Assembly: GCA_964035545.1 (NCBI GenBank)
Contig: CAXIUT010000116.1
Location: forward strand, 1-23,998
Source: Bugula neritina
Lineage: Eukaryota > Animalia > Bryozoa
DNA length: 23,998 bases
Direction of reading: 5' to 3'
Below the pieces are notes generated by a model. That model made no database searches. It was not told where the DNA came from and saw only the letters and a program-made list of their open reading frames with translations. Shown here piece after piece: positions 1 to 13,700 of the stretch; within the stretch, counting starts at the first letter, position 1, and the number at the start of each line of letters is the position of its first letter. The translations under genes and the position numbers were made by a program.

Positions 1-63
1 CCCAACCCCAACCCCAACCCCAACCCCAACCCCAACCCCAACCCCAACCCCAACCCCAACCCC
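1..63. repeat. Left telomere, (CCCCAA)n
   Basis: Perfect C4A2 hexamer array at the 5' terminus, the Tetrahymena-type ciliate telomere repeat, in the correct orientation. Confidence 0.97.
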
Positions 64-132
64 TAGATTTATTTTTATGCATGTTTAAAATATCAATTTA
101 TAACGTATTCAATAAAGATTAAATTCAAAATA

Positions 133-1617
133 ATGGGCGCTAACTAACAAAAATCAACTTTAGCTAACTATGACCTTAAATGTCCACAAGATAGCTGCAC
201 TCTTCTATCAAAAAAAGGTCAAAAAGAAGAACAATACATGATGAAAACATATCGAACTAGCAATATTGATGAGCATAATTAGAAATTGAAATATTTTAGA
301 GAATATAAATAATAGATGAAGAACAGTCAAGAATTACTCGCCTTACTGGATGTTATATAATAAAAATAATAAACTTTTTGCTCTGCATCCTACAAAATCA
401 ATCTCATCTACTAGTACTCTTAAGTCAATATTACTTCATAAATCAAAGAAAGAAGAATCAAAAACATATTTTCTGAAAGAAAAGATCACCAAAGAACTCA
501 ATTTTAATATTTTGGATACGATGATATCTGCAACATAATGTATAGCTGCTTAAGTGCCCTATGGCTAGTCAAAGAAATGGATACGACCGATAGATAACTA
601 AAAAGATATGGAACTATATTTCTATCAACTGACGATATCATTTTGATGTAAGATGGCTCCATCAAGGTAGTCGATCCTTATCTAACTAATTATTCCAAAA
701 GATATGTATATGATTCATCTTTTTGGTATAGTCCATAAAAAATAAAATAGTTTAGTAGAATGGACGATTAAATAGATGCTGTTTTTGAGTTGGGAATGAT
801 CATGATATAAATCTGTTTGCTTTTGAATAAAAAATAATATTCTTGGAGTTAGATTTGTTCTTAAAAAGTCATCAAAGATTGGATTAAATAGTGTAGAAAT
901 GTTTATTCTGAAGATATTAGTCGAATAGGCATCAATATCTTTGACATTATTGAAAAGATGGTTGTGATAAATAGAGAAGAAAGAATCGGACTTGAATAAA
1001 CTATTAAATATGCTGAAGATATGTATTAACAAGGAGAAAATAAAGTCTAATAAGGCAGTCCTCTTAAAGAGGTTAATGTAGGATCAGAAATGAAAAAAGA
1101 ACTAAAAAGAACAAACCATAGTTCAAGTGGTAAAAAATATACTACTCATGTGAGGATGAGTGAATATTAAAAAGAGAATAGATAGTAAAAATGGAATAGA
1201 AAAGAATATTATTCTTCACCTAAAGTGAGTAATTTTACAATACAAGAAGAATAGAACTCAAATGACTAGCAATCTTAGATGTTATAAAGTTTAAATGTTC
1301 AAAATGCTGCTAAAATTAACGGATTTAACTCATCTTTGGGAACATGTGGAGTCTTCAACAGTATAAAACTCAATGATAGCTATGCTTATAACTGGAAATA
1401 TCACTCAGTTTGCGGCAGAGATGACGAGTAGCAAGTGTTCACTGATCCTCAACTGATGCGGACAATAAAAAGAGAGTTATAGGATATTTAAGAGAGAAAG
1501 AAAGAGAAATTGAAGAAAAGTTTACTCAAGAAGAGTCAGTTGATTGGAAGTCAACATGAATATGAGAGTTAGTTATCTGATTAGAAGATAACAAATAAGG
1601 TCTATTTGACTGAATGA
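133..1617 (+). CDS. Protein kinase-fold protein, probable pseudokinase (494 aa, intronless, TAR=Glu)
   Basis: ATG at 133 opens a frame with no TGA until 1615-1617. It starts MGANEQKS and has kinase-like elements: YMMK (subdomain II), FCSASYKINLIYEY (hinge), IILMEDGSIKVVDP (VII region), WYSPE (VIII), AVFELGMIMIE (IX), KMVVINREER (XI). HRD, DFG and the Gly-loop are absent. Confidence 0.8.
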
Positions 1618-1742
1618 TACTATTCTTATTATCAACATTAATACGATAACTTAGTTTATATGAAATCAAAAAATATTGAAGATATTTTATCATTCAAGAA
1701 TTAATATATTTACTATAATATTAGCTTAAATTTTAAAAATTA

Positions 1743-2067
<325 letters not shown>

Positions 2068-2068
2068 A

Positions 2069-3187
2069 TCAGATGTATTGCGAGATCGTTCTCTTATGGA
2101 ACTCTTTGAATTGAATGCCATTATCCCATCTTTTTTTTATAGGATGAGTCTTATATGCTTCTTTCTCAGAAACATTTGAAGGATCACAACCTTCAGGCAC
2201 CTTCATCACTTCTAAAGGATTCGGTTGCATAAACAAAGCAAATGTATTTCTAGCTATATTTTTACCTGCCAACTAATCACTTCTAACAACACAATGAGGA
2301 GTTGCTTCTAGTATGCCACCAGATGATATTTGCATTGATTCTCCCAACTGGAAAGCCAACATGTGTTGAGGAATAGCTATCCTTACAGTATCAGCAAATC
2401 TATTTTTGGCATAAAGACCTCCTGAATTCAAGCTGACTGTAGCTTATTATCCATTTTAATGTGTAAAGTTAGCAGATGTTAGAGCAGTAAGAGATCCATG
2501 GTCGTTGTGCCATCCGCACCAGTCATCTTCAGTATCTCCTTTATTTTCAAAGGGAAAGTAATGTAGCATTCTTCCCAAATGACATTTTCCATTTTTAATA
2601 ATATTATGTAAATGTTTTTAAGGATAGGTTTCAATTTTAGAACGAGCATATTTATCAATTTGTAATGACAACAGAGCTCCAACTTCCATCATCATCTTGG
2701 ATAACATTTTCACATTAATTTATCTTTATTACTAAGAAAAATACATCTATGGAATGTCATTGATCCATGTATTAGGACTAAATAATTTCTTTTCATCTTC
2801 AGTGAAATATTGCTCTTCATCAGGAGCAATCGGATAAGAAGTGTCTGAGGCACAGTTTACATAGTAACTTCCTTTAGCAGTGTCGGGTTTTCCATGAAAT
2901 TTCTCACGTCCATGTGACCATCCTAAAGAATAGTATACATCTGGTCTTTCACATTTTTCTAGGATAATGAGCTAATTTATGGAATAAAAGAAGTGTCTTT
3001 TTTCTTTGTTCAACATAGTTAGGAATTCCATTAACAAATAATATCCCATGACCTGCCTATAAACAGTTATACCTTGAGGACCAAAAGCCTTTTAGATAAG
3101 ATGCTGTAAATTTTCACCATTTAGAAGATCTTAGTACTAAATAACGATAGAAGCAGCCAGCCTCCCACCAACTTATGTTGCCTACAT
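2069..3187 (-). CDS. 2-oxoglutarate/Fe(II)-dependent oxygenase-like protein (IPNS/clavaminate synthase-like fold), with a frameshift near 2950-2965 in this sequence
   Basis: ATG at 3187. Motifs: KAFGPQGHGILFVNGIP, GWSHGREK...KGSYY, GRMLHYFP, WCGWHNDHGSLTAL (HxD), AFQLGES, ATPHCV (distal His), RNTFALFMQP. Ends SQYI-TGA at 2069. Needs the intron at 3053-3072; a second intron at 2724-2744 is probable. Confidence 0.85.
2724..2744 (-). other. Candidate 21-nt in-frame intron (phase 2) in the oxygenase gene
   Basis: GTATTTTTCTTAGTAATAAAG. Removal gives IPEIEINVKMLSK, which fits the remembered family spacing (LPELExAFKxLG). It is not required to keep the frame open. Confidence 0.5.
3053..3072 (-). 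other. 20-nt spliceosomal intron (phase 1) in the oxygenase gene
   Basis: GTATAACTGTTTATAGGCAG. Removal gives AFGPQ-G-HGILFV and restores the frame. Confidence 0.88.
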
Positions 3188-3495
3188 AATTTCTCAATAT
3201 CAAGTACAAATTAACCGATTGATTTAAGACTCCCATTTTACAAAAGAATTAAAAATGAAAAAGAGATTTTATTTTATTTTTCAAATGCCTCCAAATACTT
3301 TTTTTTATGTTACTAAATTGATTTTTCCTCTTATTTTAATCAAATTTATTATTTTCTAACTATTTTCAATAATTATATTATATTTTTTTTATATCCATTA
3401 CTTAAAATTTTGAAAGTCCATTATCAATCAACATTACATGATTTTGTTAAATATGAGGTCAATATTAGTTTTATATTAATATTTATGATGTTTAA

Positions 3496-4572
3496 TCACT
3501 TAGCTTTACATAATTCCATAATTTCTTTTCTGATAATTCCTTTGAGTTCATTTCCTGAGTCCTAGAAAATTCTGATCCCATTAGATAACAAATCAGTAGC
3601 CATCTTACTAGCATTCATCTTATGTCTGAATTCTTATTAAGTAGTCACCAACTCTTTAATATCCATTGCAATAGCTGCTTTCTTATCCAGCTTAATTGGC
3701 ATGTCTTTAAAGTTTGTCTGAAGTTGGTCAAGAAGTGATGGAGGAATAGTCATTCTGTCAAGTCCGCAAAGTTATCTGATTTATCCGATATTTCTCCATG
3801 ATGCTCCCATGATGACTGTGTCATGCTTGTGAGTGACATAGTAGTTAAAGACTTCTTTAATGAAGACAACTCCTGGATCCTAGGCTGAATCTTCATAGGT
3901 CTTTCCTGTTTCTTTTTTACCCCAATCTAAAATTCTACCAATAAATGGAGATATCAAAAAGAGATTACTTTTAGCACATGCCACAGCCTGCATCAGATGG
4001 AAAATAAGAGTCATATTGCATTTAACATTTTCTTTATGCAAAATTTTTCCAGCTTAGATTCCTTCCCAAGTGGAAGCAATCTTGATAAGGACTCTATCTG
4101 AGCTAATTCCTTAATGTTTATAGAGAGCAATAATTCTTCTAGCTCTATCGACAGTTTTCTTGGTATCAAAAGAAAGACTGGCATCAACTTCTGTGGAAAC
4201 ATATCCTTTGATTTTTTTCAAGATATTAGTTCCAAAACTAACACAGATATGATCAAATATTAATTAGATAAGATCATTTTGTTGACTTTAGTTAAGGTTA
4301 GACCATGATACAGATTCAACATTATTAGGTTTTTAGTTGTAATCTTTTCCTGAACAATAGTGATTGAATGATTTAAAACCCCATTGAATAGATTAGTCAA
4401 GAAGACCTTTAAATTATGGCTTTTTACTAACCTGTAAAATAAGAGTTGGATTTGTTGTTGAGTCCTCAGGTTGATATTTTTATATGAGGTTGAAGTCACC
4501 AGTGTCAGCAACAACCAAACTGAATTTTTTTAACTGGTCCAACTCAGATACTTTACCCTATTCTGCCTGCAT
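3496..4572 (-). CDS. TAL1: Transaldolase (358 aa, intronless)
   Basis: [35 protein letters not shown] (Schiff-base Lys), [30 protein letters not shown]. 1077 nt = 359 codons ending in TGA at 3496. Confidence 0.95.
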
Positions 4573-4744
4573 TCACTCTTAAGAAATATCTAATATAATA
4601 TGTTGAAATCAATTAACCCAATTAAATATGATATTTATTAAAAACTAATATATTACAGTTACATTATTAATCTACTCAAAATGTATTAATCCAAGTCAAA
4701 AAGTATAATAAAATGTTAAATAAAAGGAATTGACTGAATACGGA

Positions 4745-7700
4745 TCAAATTTATTCTCCTGCGAGTGACATGAGTAAAGCAGCACCTCTCTTAGTCCAGA
4801 AGTCTTGATCGCTAGATGGAGTATTATTGATTCCTGGCTTTATGGGCAACATCACTGAAAACATAAATGATTTTCTCTCAACTACTCCTGTTCTAATTGG
4901 ATACATATATGTTGGGCAAGTATAAAGATTTTGACCTTTCTTTGCCTTTTGCTTACCCTCTACATAAATTGGTTTAAATTGAATAATAGGCATTCTATAG
5001 AATAACTTCATTGGTTCTGGCTAAGTGATGCAATTTTTATCTCCATCCCATTTAGCTCCTTCAAGCCATAATCCATTAATATATGCTCCTTATTTGGCCG
5101 GACCCATGACTGTAGAATCAAGTTTTTCAAATGAGAATTCCCAAATAAACTGATCAATAGGCACATTAGCTTTTCTTGATGCCTGTTGTTGAAGAGCTGT
5201 AGTGAATCCAGTAGGGAATGAAAATCCAGATATCCAAAAGACATTAGGCTGACCTTTTTGCACCCAAGTTCTGAGTTGATCTACTCTTTTACTTAAATCT
5301 AACATCCACAATGAAAGCGGTTTCAAAGAATAATATGCAAATTTCCATCTTTAAGGAACCTTGTTCTCAAATAAAGATAACATCACCTTTTATAACTATT
5401 CACTAATTAGCACCAAACCACTTATTCCCTTCTCGACATCAATCAAATTCTTTCTCACCTATCGAAGCAACTTATTATATCGACTTATCTCTTGCACCAA
5501 AACGATCTTCAATGGATTCTGATCCTGTGGCTTCACTTTCTAATAGACCTATTCATCATTAAATGGTTCATCTAGTTGTCCTAACAGATCACTAATAATC
5601 TATCTCACCTTATCTTCAGCACTACTATCTCCAGTAAGAGCACTTGATGCCTCTAAAGCATCCAAAGATTCAAGTAAAATGTTAGTATCTGCAATTTGAG
5701 ATGATATCTATGCATTGATATGCTGTCCAAACACTTATGGTCTTTAAGTTGAAGGATATTATTCTATTTTTCTGCTGTAATATTTAGTTTATGCCTCATG
5801 TGCTCTTTCTTTTTGTGGCTGTTCTTCAGGAATGATATATTATGCTGAATTGGGATTACCAAGTCTATGCTTTTATTCTGAAATGACAGCTTGGTTGAAA
5901 TATTCTGAAGCATAAACGTTTAATAGTCTTCGATCCCAATCATCAGTAACTCTACCACCATATGTCACTTATGATATTAAATATCTGATAGCATCCCATG
6001 GAGGAGTCCTCTGAATGACTTGCTGTTCTCCAGTAACTGAGCTTTGAGTTTGTTTGACTTATTATGCATGTTAAATATAAATTTGTAAAATTTTATCTGC
6101 AGTATCCCAATCTGAATCATTGAAGTCATAAGTAATATTCCATCCGAGAGTTTTAAAACGTTTTCGTTCAATAATAAGTGAATGATACCAACATAAGCTG
6201 TAAAGGACTCTTCTGTAAGGAGCTCTATTGATTGGAGTAGTTTAGTGCATTTATTTAGGCATTATTTGATAAAGTCGAAGCATATTGGCCTTCATTCCTT
6301 TGGGAGGTTCTGTTGTTATCTTGACACATCTTTGTAAAATGGAAATAGGGAATTTAGGATGAGGATTTGTTGATAACCAGAGTCTGAATTTATCATTTAC
6401 ATCGTTTTTATTCATCTAGAAAGTTTAAAGTAATTTTTATAGATCTTTTAAGAAACTAAGTGATAAGTGGCAGTTGGCAAGATAGAGCCATGATCCATTT
6501 CTTGCTCCTTAGTTAACTTTCTATTTAGCTATTTTAGCTTGACCCTGACCAAGGGAAACATCAACCAAGGCCATGTCTTTACTTTTGGCTAAAGAACTGA
6601 GTTGATCATATGGGTCCACTCCAGGAGAAAGAATAAAGACAATAGGAGTATTTTTGTTAGAATCTGCAAGAACACTTTAGAGTGATGGATTAGGAGGATG
6701 AATAAAGGTTTAATTACCATTCTTATCTACAATGAAGTTAATTAGAGCTGGAATAACTCGATCTCTTCTGATTATTTTGGTAATAATCATCTTTCTGAGA
6801 CTATCACATTTTTAATTCCACTATCCAGGAAGTGGTTCTTTTTATGGAGTAGCTGACATGTACCATTTCTTCCATTCTTTCGCATTGTGAATAAAAGCTC
6901 CAATAATGTTAGGGAAGTTAGGCAACTTCTAAAGATCACAGATAACATTCCAGCTCGATGGATCTATCCACTAGTTAGGATTCATCGGTTGTCCTTTTCT
7001 ATCAACGTTTATATCACGACCTCCTTTCAAGAAGAAGTTGTATTACTCCATATCTACCTCTTTTAGTCTGATAGTCATCATAAATCCTAAGAGAAGCTTA
7101 TCCTTCTCAAAGAGTCCTCGACATGCATAACGATAGATACTTGTTTTGAGTTTATCAGCGATTGCATCTAACTTCTCATTGAGTGAGTCATTGAGTCCTG
7201 GTTTTTAGATATACTATTTGATTGTTTTTTGGAAGAGTCCGATATAAGAATCCAGTGAGAACTGATACATGGAGTCAATGAGTGCAAAATCATTGATGAT
7301 AAAGAAGAGTTTAGAAGCTATTTTAGCTAATTTTTTATAATTCTATCTAGCCAAGTTAATTTTTTTCATTTGAGCAATAGATGACTCAATTTGATGTCTA
7401 ACTTTTTATTCAGTTTATTTTGATTATTGCAAATAAGCAATGATATTCTAATCATCAATGAGATTGGTTTTTGATGAAGACAAACTTTTAAGAATACCAT
7501 CGTCTATTTTTTTCATTTTTTGTTCATTATCACTCTTATTTTTAATCAATTCATTTTTACTATTCTACAACTGCATTTCCATTCTCTGAATAACCACGCT
7601 AGTCAGTTGCTCTTATAATCCTTTTTCTTTGACTGTAAAATTAACCAAAATAACTTTAGTAGTGACTTCTGGTTTATATTTAGGATTAGGTAATTTAGTA

Positions 7701-10700
7701 GTCATAAATAGTCTAAAATTCTAATTATATCTGATATCTTTATCTCCCAAATATATCAAAAATCTATCAGCTACTTTTTTGATAGTTTTATTAAGAAGAG
7801 GCTATAATGAAGAATCTATTTACTCTTATAAATTTTGTAATAACACTACATGACCATTAGCAACTGATAACTAAATAGTCTTCATATAGTTCTAAGTCTG
7901 AGGATCAAGAATAACAAATTTCTACTTGTTCTATTTCTACATCTATCTAATCCATCGATTTCCTTGCAGTTGAGGATCAATCATAAGAGGAAACATTCTT
8001 CCATTTCTAACCAATACTCCATTCTCTTTACTAAATTGATCATCTGGTAGTCCTTTAAGTCCCCATTTTATAAATTCAACTGGTTTTACTAAAAATTATG
8101 GGAAATTGTAATCTTTAGAATGTGTTATTTTTAACTGTTTTACTTTACCTAGCAAATCCTCAGCCAAAAACACATTTCTATATTATGAAGGAAAAGGTCC
8201 AGCATATGATAAGAATGCAGCTGTCATAAGAGAATCACCAACAAGATAACTATATTTTTATTATAGCTTTTATTTACGTTATTTCCATCCTTATTTGGTA
8301 GATGCCAAACCTGTTATCAATTTTTAAGCTCTTTATAGTTTAATTTGAAGCTGTTATGTTTGAGCCTTATATGACTACATATCTGTTTTTGCCTTTTATA
8401 AATTACTGTTTAAACCATTTATTATATCTTGAACCTTTGAAAAATTATCACGAAGATGCTGCAACTCTTACTATGATTTCTTTAATTTCTACATCAAATT
8501 GTTTACTTTGTTCTTTTTAGGTTCTATATCTTTAAAGGCCTTGGCATATCCCTCTACAGCCAATACCCACATCCATAGTCCTCCTGCTGCCTAAGATATA
8601 GTATTAATTCTTGAAATCTACATCTTTGGATCTTGAGTTAGCTTCTATATTCTTTTTAATGTATTTATTGGCACTCTTCCTTTATCTATTCCTTGAAGTC
8701 TGGCTAAGAAACTAGTATCAGCCAGTTATTTTTTAGCTACTGCCCAACTGGGATCTTTATTGAGTAGAATCATGACAGCATTAAGTACAACATCAACTCC
8801 TCCTGGAGGTGTACTGTATGATTTAACAACAGCTAGTTTATCTTTAGAAAGGTTAGCAAGACCAAGTTCAGCTGCAACTAGAGCAGGTTATGCTTTTTTA
8901 AGATCAGCTTATGCATCTGCTTTAAGATGTTACATTTAACTTTTTTATTTGCTAACTTGATTTTATCTTTATGCCAGTTAATTCTTCTTATCTTTTGATT
9001 ATCTTGTCTATTTATCTATTTTTATCATCAACTATTCACAATCTTTTGATTTCTTACCAAGTTAGTTATTAAATATAGCCAAATTCTTTTGTAGTTAGTT
9101 AGAATTTGATTGAGCCTCATCTAATTTAGACAAACCACCAGCTAACTTTTGAATTTATTGTCCCAATTAATCTCTTTTACTATTTAGTAATTCTACATAA
9201 CCTTGAACCAACTGAATATAATTGGTAGGAGTGACATAATAAACTCTTTTAAGTTCATTAAACATTTTCTCTGATAATTTCATCACCTTAGTATGAGCAT
9301 TACTAAAGAAATCAGAAATACTGTTTCTTAAAGGTTCATCAAAATCAAATACTTTTAGAGAATTATTGGCTACTTCTTTAAGAGCCTCTTATGGCCATGG
9401 CATAAAGTATATAATAGTCGTATTATTGATAAGTCCAGGGTACATACGTCCATAGTTTCTTAAATTATCACCTGTTTTACTCATCAAAAACACAATATGG
9501 AAATTATTTTGAATTCTTGAATAAAATTCTGTTAGTAATTGTTAATCTTTAATATCTTTATCTTTGCTTTCCTTTCCAGAATCTCTCATCATTCTCATAA
9601 CAACTTTTTTCATCTTTTATTTAATGGTTCCCATATCATCCTTTCCAAATAAATTAGGAATCTACCCAATAGTCAAAATAGTATTGATATCTTCAACAAA
9701 TGATTAATCTGATATCTGATTATCAGAAAACATAAACACAGAAGATGCATTATCTTTAAAGGCACATTCCTGAGACCACTCTTTGATTTTCTACCTAAAT
9801 TATTTCAACTTAAAACCTTTAGATATAGTTACTTGACATAAATTATATTTGGCTATAAAAGTGGCCAATTTGGTTAAAGAATGTCTACCTGCTCCTCCTT
9901 ATCCAACCAGCATACCATGACCTCTCTGGAATTTTATTATTCTGTTTATTTTGCAAACATATGATATAGCCACTTAGAAAAGAGTAATATTCATGGCGAC
10001 TGATTTGAATTTTTAATTGAATTATACTAATTTTTACTATATTATTTTTTTAAGTTCTTCTCTCTGTTTTTGAACAACTTCAATATAGATTTGTCTATTT
10101 TGACTCTAATCAAAGAAATCAACAAAAATAGTTTATCTTTATTCATTATCAGTACACTACTTCATACTAGATTGCAAAGTTTGCTACAATTGCTAAGAAA
10201 CCAACTTCTTCAATTTTTATCTATCTTTCTCACTAACCAATCTATCATGGAAGACTCTCAATCCCTCATGTACCCATAATCTAAATATGGTTAACTTTGA
10301 ATCGCAATAAAATTTATCAAATATATATACACCTTGAATAACTTTACTTATATCTCGCATATTGAACATATAATGTGATTTAGCTGGAGTTGGCAAAAAG
10401 TTGTCAGCAATTGAGTTATAAAGATTTATAGTTGCATAGGCTAAAGTCTCAGATATCTGCTTTATCTAGTCATCAAAATCTTGAGTAGTAAGCTTGTGGT
10501 TAAGAATATTATGGAAAACTCTTCTTACTTGAGTTTAGGAGGGGAACATGAAGTTGATCATAGCAAATTTAGTTTGAATTCTTCTAGAAATCTAATTTCT
10601 ACCTCCTCCTGGTGGACCCATTGAAGCAATAAATTGTATATCTTAGACCTTTTTAAAGATCTAATTTTGAGTACGATCGAACCACCCTCCATAATCCATC

Positions 10701-13700
10701 CATTGTCTAAGTAATTCCAATGGAGGCTGTGATCCAAATGTATCCTTTCTTGGCATATTCAAATCATCAACATATATCACCATCTTCTTACCATCAGGTA
10801 CCATTTTAGTCTTAGTCCTTCTTACCATCTTACCCTCTATCATATCCTGAATCTTCACTGAACTTGTCTGACTTGAACATATTATGTTGTTTACCTTCCA
10901 GTTACTCTCGTCAAGTTAGTTCAAGATCTGATTGATAAGTACTGTTTTTCCTGTACCTGTACTACCAACACTAAGAGAATGAACTTTATGAGAAACACAT
11001 GTCTGTAGAATATACTTAGTTCTTGCAGAATCAACTGTTGGAACAAGTAGACTGTGATATGCTGCTGTTGGGGAAGGTTTCCAGACCATATTGTTGACTT
11101 TATCCTCCCAACTTTGCCATTATCCTTTATCTGGGTTAATGTAGTAATCAAATACTGTAAAATTACCTGGGAAGAAAGATTATATATCTCGCATAATTGA
11201 ATCAAATGTTTTTCGACCGATTTAATCAAGAGTTCCTCCAAAAGACCATACCATACAGAAGATAAACCACTTCTATAGAACTGCAAGATAGCTATCAGGT
11301 TTGTTAGCTAAGTTGAAATCAGCTGCCTTTCCATCACCAGAAAGGAAAGAATCAAGCAACTTTGTGAAGGTAATGATAATGTTGATTTCTAGAGCAGGAA
11401 CATATTATTTAAACTCATCTTTCATTAATCTTTTCTTATCGAAGAGTTTTCCAAACCATTTATCAACCAACTCTTTTATTGAGTCTTGAATATACTATTC
11501 TTTGACTTTCAAAGTGAGCCAGCTTTGGAAATAGGGTTTCCAGCCGAGATCGTTCAAGTTCAAGAAAATCATACCAGCTCGACTAACCGTTGCTGGTGAA
11601 GCTACAGCCAGATCTTAAACTTCAAATACAAGTCCAACTTGAGGAGGAAGAGAAATTCTATCTCCATTGAGTAGAGTAAGTACTTTGTTATCATCTAACA
11701 CGGTGTTCATAGACTCAATCCAAAGGGTATCAACTGGTCCATCAAGAATCATCCATCTTTGGGCTTAGGACTATTCTTTGCAAAGTCTGCTCATCATAGA
11801 TGAAAGAACTCCTTCATGCCACTCACTGTTCATGTCCATATATCCAAAGAGTTCTTTGAGGTCGATAGATTTTGGGTTGATGACTTAGTGTTTGACTTGT
11901 GGATATTTTTTGGAGTTCTATTTGTTAAGAGTATTAAGAGTATTTTTCAATATTTTCCAGCAAGTTGATTTACCACTCATAGAAGATCCAACTAACATGT
12001 TTCCGTGTCTTGTATTCTTGCTATCATACAATTGAACCACCTTTTTGGTCTGTTCTGATTTTGGTACTAATCCTGCTTTCTTTATCTAGACTTCAATTGC
12101 AGAGTAAAATTGTTCATTTATTGATTCTTGCATTTATATGTTAGGGAAAAGATCGTTGAAGAGAGAGTTAAAAAGAGGAATATCCTAACCGACAAATTTA
12201 GGAATGTTCATATCTGTTATAGCTTTCATAATTATTAGAATTTACTGATTTAGTTCTTGCTATTCAAGTTATTTTATGAGCTATTTATCTTTTTTATCTA
12301 CTTTGTCTAAAGGACTTTCGATGTTAGCGTCTCTTCTGATAGCTCCAGCACAGGTGAGAACTGATTTAATAGCTCTTAATCCGAAATCATAGTGATCTTG
12401 TTTTGATAGTTGCTGAGCCATCATCTGATAAAGTACAACGATTTTGTTTGAAATGTACTTTCCATTTTTAAATCCTTAAGAACTTAACATAATCTAGCAA
12501 ATAATGTTAGATTCTGGGACCATCATTGATATTGGTCTGAATAATGATTTCAAATTGTCTGGTAGTTAAGATCGACCAGCATATCCTGGATTCATTGTGA
12601 TAAAGATAGCACTTTGATCGTTTAGAGGAATAGTTGAACCTTAGAAATTAAATGTATAGGGATTTTAGATAGTATGTCCTCCTTTCTTTGACATTTTTAG
12701 ACCATTGAGAATAGAAAGCATCTGCTGAGCAACCACACTCAACACTTCAAGTTAGATTCTATTGAATTCATCGAAACATCCCCATCCACCAGTTTGCATC
12801 AATCCTGAAAACATCCTACCTAAACTTTTATAATCAAGACCTTCAGAACAGTTGAAAACAACCACAAATTTAGCTAAACTTTTACCAAGATCTTTAACTG
12901 TTTCAGTTTTACCAGTACCTGCAGGACCTTGAGGTGCACCTCCTTTCTTCAAATGCATAGCAGTTGTTAGGGTCATATAACATCTATCAGTCAGAGAAGT
13001 AACAACTAAACGTCCATTATTTCCTTGATATTCAAAACCATAGGGGAAACTAGTATTAGTTTGTTCAACATTGCAATCAGCTGATTATCCTTGAAGAGTT
13101 GCTTTGAATCTTAGTTGTTTTTTCCATTCGAAAGAGTTGATCGAGAAACATGTCTTTGATAGAACATCTGTAATGTCTCTAGCATGTACTTAAATAGTAA
13201 TAAGTGCAATAAGTTTTAAACGAGATACAATTTTAGTACTTTTTCTGACTTGTTTAGTTAATTCTGAAAGGAAAAAGGCTTTTTATTATTTAAGAGCTTT
13301 CCAAGCTTTTCCTTTATCAGGTTTTTATGAATTCATTATAGCTTTTAGAATGTTCTAGCAATCTGAAGTCCAATAAATTTGACTAGCAGTTATAAGTAGT
13401 TGACCATGATGATGTTCAACCCATTATCCAATCGCTTTTGGATCTTTTTTCTTACAAAATGTGATGAAAGTAGAATAAAGATATTTCTTTAAGGATTATC
13501 TCATAAGTCTTTCAACTTGTCTTAACCAATTTTATACTCCATTTTAAACTGGAATTTTATTGATTAGTTTGACTGATTCTTCTTCTGGAGACATGATTTA
13601 TGTGACATCAAAAGTAAAGTTATCACCTTTTTTACCAGGAATAGGAGTACTTGAGATGGATAATTTCTTTATACCTTCAAAACATTTTTTAATATGTTTA

